The translations under genes were made by a program, and so were the position numbers. From an uncultured virus (IMG/VR IMGVR_UViG_3300024346_006890) (lineage: Duplodnaviria > Heunggongvirae > Uroviricota > Caudoviricetes): a stretch of 64,000 nucleotides of DNA. Within the stretch, counting starts at the first letter, position 1, and each line of letters starts with the position of its first letter. Below, one piece after another: positions 44,501 through 54,685 of this stretch. Under the pieces are notes generated by a model. The model saw only the letters and a list, made by a program, of their open reading frames with translations. It was not told where the DNA came from and ran no database searches. The stretch lies in IMG/VR virus record IMGVR_UViG_3300024346_006890. One strand, 5' to 3'.

Positions 44501-47500
44501 ATCCGTACAAATAATCCGCCAAAAGCGAACAAAGATATGGATATGTTCTTGATGAACGACGGTACTATAATACGTAACATCACAGGACAAGGTCACGGTG
44601 GTTTTATGATGGTGCTCGACCCAGAAGGTCAGATTCAAACTAAATCACCATACTGCCAAACTGCTACAAGTTTAAGCAGAAGTACGAATTCTCGTAGATT
44701 CTCGGGCGGCATGTTTGTCGACGGGTTCAGCGGAAACTTACCTGCAAGAATTGCAGGTAAAAATAGTAACACTGAATTAATTTTAGATGGTTTAATTGTA
44801 AGAGCTCCATTAGTTCCTAACAGTTTTTATATTGCAGGAGTGCGTTATCAATTAAACGCAGTTGAAGATTATGATCGTTCTGCAGGAACTTGTAGAATTT
44901 TACTAGACGAGTCAACTCCGTATACTGCTGCTTTTAGTTCGCCAATTGATATTATTATCGAAACTGCTGGTAACAGAAGTATGTTGTCTAATGACTATAC
45001 ACAAGTTAACGACTTAGGATACGGATTAGTAACTACAAATAACGGTATCAGTGAAGCAGTATCGTTGTTTACATACTACAATTGGGTTAGTTATTTTGCC
45101 AACAACGGCGGACAAATTCGTTCAGTGAGCGGTTCGAGTTGTAATGGTGTGTATGGTTTAAAATCTTCTGGGTCAGATCCAAATGAAGTCCCCGATCCTG
45201 TTGTACTCGGCGATACTATGGTACAATCTGCTAAGGTTTATAAACGAGATGCTTTTGCTAGTAAAAACGTTGCTGATGATCAAAGTATCTATGTAGATTT
45301 TTACTCGTATGCTAGTGGCACTACTGAGCCTGCAATTTATAATGTTAGTGAGATCGAAATAGATCACTCTAATACTAAATCTTCATTAGTTACTAATACC
45401 CCAACTTTACCTAACAATGTAACAATTGCTAACGCTGGCACAGGGTATAATGTAAACGAATTTGTTCAAGTCGACGGCGGCACTCTTTATTCAGGCGGTA
45501 ACAAAACTAGAATCAAAATTATTGCAGTAAACGGTCTAGGTGCAGTAACTGATTTTGAAGTTGTTGATGCAGGATTATACAGCGTCAATCCGGTAGGCGG
45601 GTATCCAACAGTTTACGGTGCATCTATTACAACCACTGCTGAATCAGGCGGCGGAACTAATTTTAGAATTGCCGGTACTTATCTAGGAGATTTTAGTAGG
45701 TACGAAGTTTCTAATTTAGAAACTACATCGAGCTATGGTGTCGGTATGGATAGCCTTGGTGGTATAGTCTATTCTCCCGGTTCTTTTGTAATCGGACAAT
45801 CATATATTATTACATCATTAGGAGGCAGTCCAAATTTTACAGCAATTGGTGCTAGCGCCAATGCTATTGGTGTAGTGTTTACTGCTATCGGCAGTGGAAC
45901 GGGATCAGGTACTGCAAGTATCTCTAGACGAGTACTAAAGTTAAATTTAAACAGCTCGAGTGGTTCTGGATTACTAGCACCGTTAGAAGACGAGCAAATT
46001 ATTGTTATTCGAGGTTTGCAAAACTTTAGATTTACAGGAGTAGAGCGTGTAAGACCAGTTCGCCCAAGCACTGCTTTAGAATTTACATCTTCTTCTGAAG
46101 CAGGATCTGTTTACAGAACGCTTGCTTACAATTTATCTTACCCCACAGGAGCATCACTGTTATCTTCTAAGTCAATTAGTTTTGTTGCAAGAGTTGGTAG
46201 TACTGCTACTGTTACAACATCCACTAATCACGGATTATCAAGTGGAGATTACGTGACCGTTGTGTGTACTAGTAACAGTTCGTTCGATGCAACTGCTGTG
46301 CCTGTAACAGTAACTGGTGTACAAACTTTTACATATCTAAGTTCAGGAACCACATTAACAACTACTGCTGCTACAGGAACTGTTACTTTTGGCAATCAAG
46401 CTGTACTAACATTCGACAATAGTTATGATCATACAATTGTACAAACAGAGCCTAGTAATATTTCAGCAGGGTACGGATTATCAGTTGGAGATACTAAGAT
46501 AGCTGTTGCTGCATTAACTAGCACATCAACTATTGCAAAGTTAAATTCTGGTACTACAGTATTTTGCTGGGCTGGTGCAATGCATAGAATTACCGGATAT
46601 GTTGTAAGTCCAGTTCCGCATATTACGTTTGTTGATATTGCAACAGGTAGCGGAAGTATTGTTAGCGGTTCTGGATTAAGACAAGGATTTAATATTGTAA
46701 CATCTGTAACATTGCGTTCTAGCTTACAAGCAGGCGAGCAAGCAGAAATTACAGTTAATATTTCAACATGTCGTGCAACCGGTCATGATTTCTTAGATGT
46801 TGGTAGTGGTGGATATAACAATACCAACTATCCAAACAACTTATTAGGTGCTCCTGCACAAACACCTAGTAGATCTAACGAAGTGATTGAAGAAACTCAA
46901 GGACGGGTATTCTATGTAAGTACAGACCAATTTGGTATTTTCCGTGTTGGTAAGTTCTTTACTGTAGACCAGGGTACAGGCAGCGTCACATTTGCAGCAA
47001 GTATTGCATTAAGCAACTTGGATGGTTTAGGATTTAAGAAAGGTACAGTCGTTAAGGAATTCTCAACTGATAACACTATGACTGACAATGCCGATGACGC
47101 AGTTCCGGTTGAAAGTGCTGTTCGTGGATATATCGATAAACGATTAGGTGTTACACACACTGGTGCAACGGTAGCACTATCAGATAGAATTCCAGCATTA
47201 ACTGGTGGTTTCTTACCTGTTAGTGGAAGCCCGACACTAGAGTCTGACCTAAGCATGGGTTCCGTAACTCCGCATAGGATTACAAATCTAACTTACAATC
47301 CTGCAAGTTCGACCGATGCGTCTACTATAGGATACGTTAATACACAAGTTGGACTGCGAGACAGCTTTTATAAATTAAAAGAAGTGAATGTAATGACTCC
47401 AGCAGCCGGAGACTTAGTTGCATTTACAGGTGCTGGCAAGAGTGTTATTAGCACTACTATAGAAGGAGACATCGGAGTCACACTAACTAGTGTAGCTACT

Positions 47501-49144
47501 TCAACGCTAGTGGGTGGCAGATCAACTCCTGGCAGTACTGACACTGGAATTTTAGATGCAACTGGCGTTTCAGTTGCATATGGTATTGAAATTGCAGATG
47601 CTAGCACGTTCCCAGATCCAGGCGGAAGTTATACTGCATATATTCAAATAGGTACTGAAATTCTTTCATACACTGAAATAACAGGTAATATATTAGAAAA
47701 TATCACAAGAAGCAATTTTACAACTATTGCTGCGGCACACTCTTCGGGTGCCGGAGTTATGAGTTTAGATTTGTCAAGATTAAACTTACAAATTCAAGCA
47801 GGTGCAATTGATAATAACGATATTAGTGCAACAGCAGCTATTGCGCAAAGTAAACTGGCAATGAATGCCGCAACTACTCGTGCTAACGCAACTGGTATCA
47901 CACAAGCAGATAGAGGACTTGCAAGTTTCGATAGTGCTAACTTTGTAGTTACAGACGGCTGGGTAGGAATTAAAGCTGGTGGTATTGCACTTGGTGAAAT
48001 TCAAGACATCGCTGCTGGCAGCATTCTTGGTAATTTAACTGGTAGTGCCGCAGCTCCGCAAGAAGTTACAACTAGCGGCATTGTACAAAACGGTATTAAT
48101 TCATTGTTCACTACTATCGATGCTGGCAGTAATGTGTTGACTCGAAGAGTTAATAGTTTAAAAGGGGCAACTACATTTACTAACCTAGTTGGGACGCCCA
48201 TTGCAGGTAGTGGAACATTAACTAATATTCCAGTTTCGAATATTAGCGGAACAGGAAATGGTGCTCTTGTTACAGTGGCCTTTAGCGGAGGTTCGTATAC
48301 CGGTGTTGCTGTAACCTATGGCGGTAATGGGTATGCAGAAGGCGACGAGCTGTATATCCCGGGAACATTGCTAGGCGGAGCAAGCCCAGCAAATGACTAT
48401 AGTTTCACTGTGCAAGTAACAGGTTCAAACATAGATACCGAAGTTTATTTAGGTATAGAGCGAGTAAGCGCGATTGGTGAGATTAACAGTATTGTAAAAA
48501 CTGATTACCTAGGAAACTTAGGTAATGTAGCTAATAAATTTAATAACATTTACTCTACAACATTTACCGGAGCATTATCAGGAAATGCCGCAACTGCAAC
48601 TACTGCTACAAACTTAGCAGGAACTGATATAGGAGGTATTCCGTATCAGAGTGCAAGTAATACTACTACTATTCTTGCAGCAGGTACTAGCGGGCGCTAT
48701 CTAAAAACGCAAGGTCCTGGAAATCCACCAACATGGAGTGAGTTGGTTATTCCAGACGGAAGTGCTGAAAACCTAACTGGTACATTCATTAATTCCGGTG
48801 TAACAGGATCTAGTCTAGTTACATTCGGTGATTTAACAAGAAGAAGTGTTAGTGATGCTGTAGCAGCAGCCGGAACTACCCAAGCTGGCGCGACATTGTT
48901 AACTAAAGAAATTAATATTATTTCTACAGGTAGTGGAGGAGTTAAGTTGCCAGTTGCACTGGCAGGTTATAGAATTATTATTAGAAATAACTTAGGTGCA
49001 ACAATTAATGTGTATCCAAATACTGGAGCACAAATTGCTAACAACGGAGCTAATGCAGCAGTAACGCTTGATCCGGATGCAGCACTTGAATATTTTGCTA
49101 CAAGTGCTACTCAATGGTATAACTTGAACGCTACATTTGCATAA
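41570..49144 (+). CDS. Giant virion structural protein (baseplate/tail-fibre related, 2524 aa)
   Basis: N-terminal IDIGVQGNDGTGDSIRESFRKVNENF (T4 gp9/gp10-like); AATKYYVD fibre motif; Gly/Thr/Ser-rich beta repeats. Confidence 0.8.
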   Translation: MARQSIDIGVQGNDGTGDSIRESFRKVNENFVQLFAVFGQGDTISFTDLDDTPETYGSDQVIVSNTDGDALVAKNLVGGEGIAVDHSDENEIRIISTGGKLANDVAPNLGGHLNAQNFSIGNLAEPTDETAALFNDLHDTSITADQLVITRGYADQRYLQASGGPGTGSQIRVRDEPVDSNEYTIAISNWTSGYALIPAHGFNSGSNGISYKYYITGTVPATGLTISPVTTYYLHYIDKDRMSVHPTREDAIAGTNRIFVNIDPEINSILRGIETFVDASYDPTLEGNWVSNEALPRKSVVRRQGDTMDGTLMLSDHPGTLAGAGSPNGADDLQAATKYYVDNSSFASAVNLFVAMNGDDLQEFTPAGKEGRAFAYAFATLNAACRKAEQLVIDSLSEPGPYRQALMYGNYTNPAYLYSFSTGIGARRTLNVFSNGVGVDQSKDVNNRDLREGSIIKGLYSGATGKVITYSPPSGLNDSYVIELLHANTDITTFQSDHVRASAKLLNNKAFIAAEIVEYIKAKYPSLVFNETKCNRDAGLIVDAIAFDIKYGGNKQSIVAGRAYWNGVVSVLPLDQRSQTIDGINYINLLAQDIIDNVVISAAVGIGYGRRTSAIDYPQYSSGEAGESGSDTSIARLVESIVNIVENGEYGDGTYSEFITGEPLEFGQLIPELHITIRVESGIYYEQLPIRVPTNVSIRGDEFRRTIIRPAPGVSTSPWASLYFYRDSTFDGLTRTYVGTAASSSYIAPGVDPLNEAGYYKVTLADTTGVEVGMYLYVTSGTGIFAPTTQVTRIISTTEFEINEQPIITLSGATVRGLNSSGLAPEGSNFGYHYLTDPTGVSGIFDDTITKTSGNTNAAALLAAAKSSIQSGVISYINSTYPELDYNETLCSRDVGYIVDAITNDLILGGVHRTIAAGEAYYRNTSSVIAITTQLTETLDGIDRINTLAQAILTDPSAESNTDLIVADLIDGIKNIIIRTNNPPKANKDMDMFLMNDGTIIRNITGQGHGGFMMVLDPEGQIQTKSPYCQTATSLSRSTNSRRFSGGMFVDGFSGNLPARIAGKNSNTELILDGLIVRAPLVPNSFYIAGVRYQLNAVEDYDRSAGTCRILLDESTPYTAAFSSPIDIIIETAGNRSMLSNDYTQVNDLGYGLVTTNNGISEAVSLFTYYNWVSYFANNGGQIRSVSGSSCNGVYGLKSSGSDPNEVPDPVVLGDTMVQSAKVYKRDAFASKNVADDQSIYVDFYSYASGTTEPAIYNVSEIEIDHSNTKSSLVTNTPTLPNNVTIANAGTGYNVNEFVQVDGGTLYSGGNKTRIKIIAVNGLGAVTDFEVVDAGLYSVNPVGGYPTVYGASITTTAESGGGTNFRIAGTYLGDFSRYEVSNLETTSSYGVGMDSLGGIVYSPGSFVIGQSYIITSLGGSPNFTAIGASANAIGVVFTAIGSGTGSGTASISRRVLKLNLNSSSGSGLLAPLEDEQIIVIRGLQNFRFTGVERVRPVRPSTALEFTSSSEAGSVYRTLAYNLSYPTGASLLSSKSISFVARVGSTATVTTSTNHGLSSGDYVTVVCTSNSSFDATAVPVTVTGVQTFTYLSSGTTLTTTAATGTVTFGNQAVLTFDNSYDHTIVQTEPSNISAGYGLSVGDTKIAVAALTSTSTIAKLNSGTTVFCWAGAMHRITGYVVSPVPHITFVDIATGSGSIVSGSGLRQGFNIVTSVTLRSSLQAGEQAEITVNISTCRATGHDFLDVGSGGYNNTNYPNNLLGAPAQTPSRSNEVIEETQGRVFYVSTDQFGIFRVGKFFTVDQGTGSVTFAASIALSNLDGLGFKKGTVVKEFSTDNTMTDNADDAVPVESAVRGYIDKRLGVTHTGATVALSDRIPALTGGFLPVSGSPTLESDLSMGSVTPHRITNLTYNPASSTDASTIGYVNTQVGLRDSFYKLKEVNVMTPAAGDLVAFTGAGKSVISTTIEGDIGVTLTSVATSTLVGGRSTPGSTDTGILDATGVSVAYGIEIADASTFPDPGGSYTAYIQIGTEILSYTEITGNILENITRSNFTTIAAAHSSGAGVMSLDLSRLNLQIQAGAIDNNDISATAAIAQSKLAMNAATTRANATGITQADRGLASFDSANFVVTDGWVGIKAGGIALGEIQDIAAGSILGNLTGSAAAPQEVTTSGIVQNGINSLFTTIDAGSNVLTRRVNSLKGATTFTNLVGTPIAGSGTLTNIPVSNISGTGNGALVTVAFSGGSYTGVAVTYGGNGYAEGDELYIPGTLLGGASPANDYSFTVQVTGSNIDTEVYLGIERVSAIGEINSIVKTDYLGNLGNVANKFNNIYSTTFTGALSGNAATATTATNLAGTDIGGIPYQSASNTTTILAAGTSGRYLKTQGPGNPPTWSELVIPDGSAENLTGTFINSGVTGSSLVTFGDLTRRSVSDAVAAAGTTQAGATLLTKEINIISTGSGGVKLPVALAGYRIIIRNNLGATINVYPNTGAQIANNGANAAVTLDPDAALEYFATSATQWYNLNATFA

Positions 49145-49154
49145 GGATTAAGAA

Positions 49155-50582
49155 ATGGCTATTAAAACAATAAATTTAGGTCTGCCCGATAAGGGTAACG
49201 GGGATCCGTTACGTACTGCCTTTGGTAAAATAAACGACAACTTTGCTGAGCTATATGCCAAAGATGCTAGCGATGTAAATCTAAGTGCTATTAATTCTAG
49301 TCTTATTCCTGACACAAATTTAGCATACGATTTAGGTAGTGAAACAAATCGTTTCCGTGATTTGTATCTAAGTGGTAGCACTATTGACTTAGGTGGCACT
49401 ACATTAAGCGTAGTAGGCGGCGAACTACAAATCGGTGGCACTAGTCTTACTGAAACGATAACAGCAGGTCTTGCTTCTCAAGGTGGGTTAACTTCTACTC
49501 TTACTGTAGGTGAAGATTCTCAGACAGGTGGCTTACTATATGACAGTGGTGGCGCTCAATTAATTTCAATACAGAATCCAGAAGGCAACTTTAATACACT
49601 TACAGCAAGAGCAACGATTGCCGGCGGGCAAGTTATTTTAGAAGCACGAGAAGAAATCAACAGTGATCCGCAAACAACTGCCTTAGGTCAACTGACTTTA
49701 AATACAGGAACGTTTGCTGTTGGTGTAACTACTGGCTTACCCGGTGCTGGTAAAGAAATGATCTTTACTCCGGACAGTTTGTATTTGCCTGTTCGAATTG
49801 AACACGAAACAGACAGCAACTTTGTTATTAGAACTAGTGACTATAATGCAGGCAATCCTATCGTTAATGATTTTACATTCGGTATTGATGGTAGCTTAAC
49901 ATCGACTACATTTAACGGAACACTAAAAGGCAACGTTGACAAGATTGATGCGTTTACTGTATCTGCTAAACAAATAGGTGTTGATCAAACGCCAATCATG
50001 TGGTCATTTGTTAACACCTACGGCAGCGGACAGACTCTTAGCATACCGCGAGCAGATTGGCCGTTTGTGCTATCTGAAACATACGGATGGAATAGTACAC
50101 AAGTTAATGGTGTTGGTATATTAGATGGTGTATTGCTTGATGACGTTATTATTGACGAAACAGGCGATCCTATAACTGTTACAGCGAATATAAACAATGG
50201 TTCGTTTATAGAGGGAGAAACTTATACCTTAACGCTAACTGAAGCAATAGTTGTAAGTTCAAGTACACTTAGTTTATCTACAGACGGTATACTAAGTGTA
50301 GACGATGGTTATGGCCGTGTTGTTACAACACATGTAGATACAAATTATCTATGTTTTGATCAATCTGTACAAATTGGTGGTGGTGGCACAGGTAATCGAC
50401 TCTTGCTTGCACATTCTATGGTTGCTATTTTATCTACTGCTCCTGAATCTAGCATAGGATCAGTTGATGATCTATTAGGTCAAGTAGCGTTCGACGGTAC
50501 ATATATGTATTATTGTACTGCTCCATATGACGGTGTCACAAACATTTGGAAACGAATTACATGGTCAGGTGACACTTGGTAA
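49155..50582 (+). CDS. Virion structural/tail-fibre protein
   Basis: INLG..DKGNGDPLRTAFGKINDNFAELY; YDLGSETNRFRDLYLSG; C-terminal YMYYC...WKRITW. Confidence 0.8.
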   Translation: MAIKTINLGLPDKGNGDPLRTAFGKINDNFAELYAKDASDVNLSAINSSLIPDTNLAYDLGSETNRFRDLYLSGSTIDLGGTTLSVVGGELQIGGTSLTETITAGLASQGGLTSTLTVGEDSQTGGLLYDSGGAQLISIQNPEGNFNTLTARATIAGGQVILEAREEINSDPQTTALGQLTLNTGTFAVGVTTGLPGAGKEMIFTPDSLYLPVRIEHETDSNFVIRTSDYNAGNPIVNDFTFGIDGSLTSTTFNGTLKGNVDKIDAFTVSAKQIGVDQTPIMWSFVNTYGSGQTLSIPRADWPFVLSETYGWNSTQVNGVGILDGVLLDDVIIDETGDPITVTANINNGSFIEGETYTLTLTEAIVVSSSTLSLSTDGILSVDDGYGRVVTTHVDTNYLCFDQSVQIGGGGTGNRLLLAHSMVAILSTAPESSIGSVDDLLGQVAFDGTYMYYCTAPYDGVTNIWKRITWSGDTW

Positions 50583-50649
50583 TTTATTATAAAACGCCAA
50601 AACTACTAAACTATAAACCCTGCTAAATATATAAAAGAGAGTTCAACTT

Positions 50650-51477
50650 ATGTCAATTTTAACAGTTAATTTAGGAACATATGCAAACGACGGAAACGGT
50701 GACGATTTACGCACGGCGTTTGAAAAATCCAATAATAACTTCACAGAGTTAGATTTAACACGAGTTATTACTGCTGATAATTTAGGTTCAGGTGCTCCGG
50801 TTTTTAAAGAAAAAATAGGTAACAATTTACAACTTAGATCAATCATAAGCGGGCTAAACATTGCTGTAACTTACACTGACAACGAAATTAGCATAGCTAC
50901 TCCGGACAGCATTAATTCGGTAGAAGAAGATACAAACCCTCAACTGGGCGGCGACTTAAATTTAAATGGTCATTTAATTACCGGAACTGGAAATATATTA
51001 ATAAGCGGTAATATAGTAGCTCAAGAAATTGCTGGAAATTTAACAGGTAATTTAACTGGCGATGTAACTGGAAATTTAACAGGTAATGTAACTGGCGATG
51101 TAACTGGAAATTTAACAGGTAATGTAACTGGCGATGTAACTGGAAATGTAACTGGCGATGTAACTGGAAATTTAACAGGTAATGTAACTGGATTAGTCAG
51201 CTCGATAGGAAATCATAATTTATCAGCTCTTGGAGATGTTAGTTCTAGCATACCAGTAATCGGTCAAACACTAACCTGGAGCGGTAGTGAATGGGGGCCT
51301 TCTACAATTGTAGCAGGAGTTAGTAAGATCATTGCAGGGACGAATGTAACTATTTCTCCAACTGACGGCATCGGTGAAGTAACAATTAACTCGTTAGGTG
51401 GCGGTGGCGGTGGGGATTTAGATTTTGGATCATTTTTATCTCCTGCAGGATTTTCATTAGATTTAGGTTCTTTCTAA
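50650..51477 (+). CDS. Virion structural/tail-fibre protein with tetrapeptide repeats
   Basis: NLGTYANDGNGDDLRTAF; DTNPQLGGDLNLNG; (G[ND][LV]T)x13. Confidence 0.8.
   Translation: MSILTVNLGTYANDGNGDDLRTAFEKSNNNFTELDLTRVITADNLGSGAPVFKEKIGNNLQLRSIISGLNIAVTYTDNEISIATPDSINSVEEDTNPQLGGDLNLNGHLITGTGNILISGNIVAQEIAGNLTGNLTGDVTGNLTGNVTGDVTGNLTGNVTGDVTGNVTGDVTGNLTGNVTGLVSSIGNHNLSALGDVSSSIPVIGQTLTWSGSEWGPSTIVAGVSKIIAGTNVTISPTDGIGEVTINSLGGGGGGDLDFGSFLSPAGFSLDLGSF
51034..51189 (+). repeat. Coding tandem repeat, 13 x 12 bp with a 36-bp higher-order unit
   Basis: Units GGAAATTTAACA / GGTAATGTAACT / GGCGATGTAACT. Confidence 0.95.
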
Positions 51478-51493
51478 GGTTTAGGGGAAAACA

Positions 51494-52075
51494 ATGGCAT
51501 TATTATTAAGACGCGGCTTAGAAGCAGATAGACTAAGCATAACTCCGGAGGAAGGTGAATTAATTTATGTAACAGACACTAAATTAATCTACGTCGGAGA
51601 CGGGGTTACACCTGGTGGTATTTTGGTTGCAGGTGGCGGGACTCCATCGCCTACTCCTACATATTCATTAGCAAGAAGTGCTGCTACAGTGAATGAAGGC
51701 GGTTCTGTAACAATTACATTAACAACGACAAATGTGTCTAACGGAACTAGTGTTCCTTATACTATCACAGGAACTGGAATTACTGCTGCTGATTTAGGAT
51801 TAGGAGCATTAACCGGTAATTTTACTGTAAATTCTAACTCTGCTAGCTTAATTTTAAATATTGCCAATGATTTTACTACAGAAGGTAGCGAAACATTTAC
51901 ACTAACTTTAAACAGTATTGTACCCACAACTAGCATAAATGTAACAATTACTGATACATCTACAGCAATAATAGATGGCGGTAGCCCAAGTTCAACAAGT
52001 TTTGATTTAGTATTAGATGGCGGTAGCCCAATTACAAGCAGTTTTAGTGCTATCATTGACGGCGGTACACCGTAA
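51494..52075 (+). CDS. Tail-associated protein (Mtd_N-like plus Ig/Calx-beta-like domain)
   Basis: LRRG...EGELIYVTDTKLIYVGDG; VNEGGSVTITL...TEGSETFTLTL; three DGG[ST]P repeats. Confidence 0.75.
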   Translation: MALLLRRGLEADRLSITPEEGELIYVTDTKLIYVGDGVTPGGILVAGGGTPSPTPTYSLARSAATVNEGGSVTITLTTTNVSNGTSVPYTITGTGITAADLGLGALTGNFTVNSNSASLILNIANDFTTEGSETFTLTLNSIVPTTSINVTITDTSTAIIDGGSPSSTSFDLVLDGGSPITSSFSAIIDGGTP

Positions 52076-52116
52076 TTTAAAATATGCATAAATAACAACA
52101 TAGAGGATTTTTTAAC

Positions 52117-54684
52117 ATGCCACAACAGATTATTTTAAGAAAGGGTACCGCAGCAGATTGGACAAGTGCGAATCCTGTTCTAGCAGCGGGTGAACCAGGT
52201 GTTGAAACTGACACAGGTAAATTTAAGATCGGTGACGGATCAACTGCATGGACTTTGCTCGATTACGCAGTACCGACTGTACCAACTGATATTAGCGACC
52301 TATCAGACACTACCAATCTTATTCCAACGATCTTATCCGATCTATCTAATGTTTCAAGCAGTGCGCCAAGTACAGGACAAGTTTTAAAGTGGGACGGTGC
52401 CCAATGGGCGCCTGGTACTGATTCAACAGGCACTGGCGGTGGCGCAGCAACATTAAACGAACTTACAGATGTTGATACAGCTGGGGTAGTCGACGGTGAT
52501 GTATTAACATATAACACTGGTGTGTGGGTCGCTAGTCCAGCGGCTAGTATTCCATTAACACTAGACGACTTGTCGGATGTTGATTCAGCTAGCGCAGTAT
52601 CTGGTAATATAATTAGATACAACGGCACATCTTGGATTGCAGGGGCAGCAGATTTAAATACAACACTTTCTGATGTTAACATTGACAACTTAACTCTTGC
52701 AGCTGGTAATTTCTTAACTTATACTGCCGATGATTTTTGGACAAACGTTCCACTTAATAGCTTTGCGTCAGTAATAGCAAATACAACACCGATAACTGCC
52801 GAAGGCGTAACTGGTGGTTTACAGTTACTCGGGGGCACTGGCATCACAGTGACTGGCGACGATGTTGCAAAAACAATTACATTAGAACTCAACGGCGATG
52901 CACTTACATTTACCGGCACTACTAACGTAGAAATAATGCGTGTTAACGATGTTATTGAGCCGCCAAGCGGATTTCCGCTGAGAGTTAACGGTGGTCTACA
53001 GGTAGGTAACGACACAGTTTCAGGTTTAATTTATTCTATACATTCAACCTATTCACCGTTCTGGTATAAAGGTTGGGTGTTTGCGCAACACCATGAAACT
53101 CCCGATGTAATGAATTTTAATTTTTACAGAACGCGAGGCACTTCAGCTATACCAGCCACGATCCAAAGTGGAGATAAATTAGGCGAGATAGGTTTTTACG
53201 GATGGAACGGCGTTACTCAGATGCCTGGTGCGGCGATCACTGTAGATACTACAGCAGCCCCAGGTGCAACAAACGTTCCTACTAGAATTAGAGTAGCTAC
53301 CAATAATGGAAGTGGGATTGCATACAGAGCAGAATTTGCTAGTTCAGGTGAATTTAAAGTCGATAATATAACTGCTCTTACAACAAATAGTAATTTAACA
53401 CTTTCAGGAAACGGCACTGGTGTTGTTAGTTTACCTGCTGGCTCTACAGTAGGCGGGATTCCAATTGGCAGTATTCAAATCCAAGGATCTGTCGCTGACT
53501 TTGCATCACTTCCTGGCACAAGTACTATAGGTTACTTATATGTTACAGCAGATAACGGTCATGGTTATGTGTGGGACGGTGCAGCATGGATTGATGTTGG
53601 ACAAATCCAAGGTCCACAAGGTATTCAAGGCCTTCAAGGCGTTGACGGAAATGCTGCAACATTACAAGTAGGAACAGTCACAACTGGTGCACCGGGAAGT
53701 TCTGCAACTGTTACTAACGTAGGAACAGCTACTGAGGCAGTATTTGATTTTGCTATACCTCAAGGTACTGCTGGTACCGACGGTGCTGCCGGTGCTGATG
53801 GCCTCGGATTCACTGGAGGTTCATACAATGGTGCTACCGGAATTGTAACATTTACATCAGACGATGGATTAGGTTTTTCTACAGAGGATCTAAGAGGTGC
53901 TGATGGTGCTCCTGGTACTCCTGGTGCTGATGGTGCTGCTGGTGCTGACGGTGCTGATGGTATAGGTGTTCCTGCAGGTGGTACAGGAGGTCAAGTACTT
54001 GCTAAAATTGATGGTACTGATTATAATACACAATGGGTTAATCAATCCGGCGGTATTGCATTAACAGATTTAAGTGTAACTACAGCAACTGCCGGTACAG
54101 CATCACTAAGTTATGATAATAGTTTAGGCGTATTCACATACACGCCACCGGATTTAACTGGTTATGCATCATCAAGCTCGGTTCCTATTAACTTAGCAGA
54201 TTTAGCTGATGTAAGTGCAACATCACCGTCAACAGGCCAAGTGTTAAAATGGGATGGTGCTGCATGGTCTCCTGCTACTGATGCAACAGGCGGTGGTGGC
54301 AGTATGGGTTCTAGAACAACCGTAAATGGATCTTCTGCTAGCCTTGTCGACGGCGGGACTGGACCTATTAACATTGTCGGATATAGCAGTTACATGCTTA
54401 TGAAAGTACAGACCAGTGCTGCTGCTTGGGTAAGAATTTATACTAGTGAAGCAGCTAGAATTGCTGATGCAGGTCGTGCTGAAGGTACTGATCCTACTCC
54501 AGGATCTGGTGTTATTGCCGAAGTAATTACAACTGGTGCTGAGACTATCTTAATAACTCCCGGAGCGTTAGGATTTAACGACGAAGGACCAGTAACTACT
54601 AATATTCCAATTAGGGTTACTAATAAAAGTGGCGGAACAACAGCCATTGCAGTCACATTGACTGTATTACAATTAGAAGCATGA
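52117..54684 (+). CDS. Tail fibre protein (Mtd_N N-terminus, collagen-like repeats)
   Basis: LRKGTAADWTSANPVLAAGEPGVETDTGKFKIGDG; LSDV...GQVLKWDG repeats; GXY runs. Confidence 0.85.
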   Translation: MPQQIILRKGTAADWTSANPVLAAGEPGVETDTGKFKIGDGSTAWTLLDYAVPTVPTDISDLSDTTNLIPTILSDLSNVSSSAPSTGQVLKWDGAQWAPGTDSTGTGGGAATLNELTDVDTAGVVDGDVLTYNTGVWVASPAASIPLTLDDLSDVDSASAVSGNIIRYNGTSWIAGAADLNTTLSDVNIDNLTLAAGNFLTYTADDFWTNVPLNSFASVIANTTPITAEGVTGGLQLLGGTGITVTGDDVAKTITLELNGDALTFTGTTNVEIMRVNDVIEPPSGFPLRVNGGLQVGNDTVSGLIYSIHSTYSPFWYKGWVFAQHHETPDVMNFNFYRTRGTSAIPATIQSGDKLGEIGFYGWNGVTQMPGAAITVDTTAAPGATNVPTRIRVATNNGSGIAYRAEFASSGEFKVDNITALTTNSNLTLSGNGTGVVSLPAGSTVGGIPIGSIQIQGSVADFASLPGTSTIGYLYVTADNGHGYVWDGAAWIDVGQIQGPQGIQGLQGVDGNAATLQVGTVTTGAPGSSATVTNVGTATEAVFDFAIPQGTAGTDGAAGADGLGFTGGSYNGATGIVTFTSDDGLGFSTEDLRGADGAPGTPGADGAAGADGADGIGVPAGGTGGQVLAKIDGTDYNTQWVNQSGGIALTDLSVTTATAGTASLSYDNSLGVFTYTPPDLTGYASSSSVPINLADLADVSATSPSTGQVLKWDGAAWSPATDATGGGGSMGSRTTVNGSSASLVDGGTGPINIVGYSSYMLMKVQTSAAAWVRIYTSEAARIADAGRAEGTDPTPGSGVIAEVITTGAETILITPGALGFNDEGPVTTNIPIRVTNKSGGTTAIAVTLTVLQLEA

Positions 54685-54685
54685 T

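Noticed and set aside
51034..51189. Tandem repeat as CRISPR or origin iterons
   Set aside because: It has no spacers and is in frame within a structural gene.
51494..54684. Diversity-generating retroelement suggested by Mtd_N domains
   Set aside because: No reverse transcriptase and no template/variable repeat pair seen in the window; Mtd_N is only a fibre attachment module.
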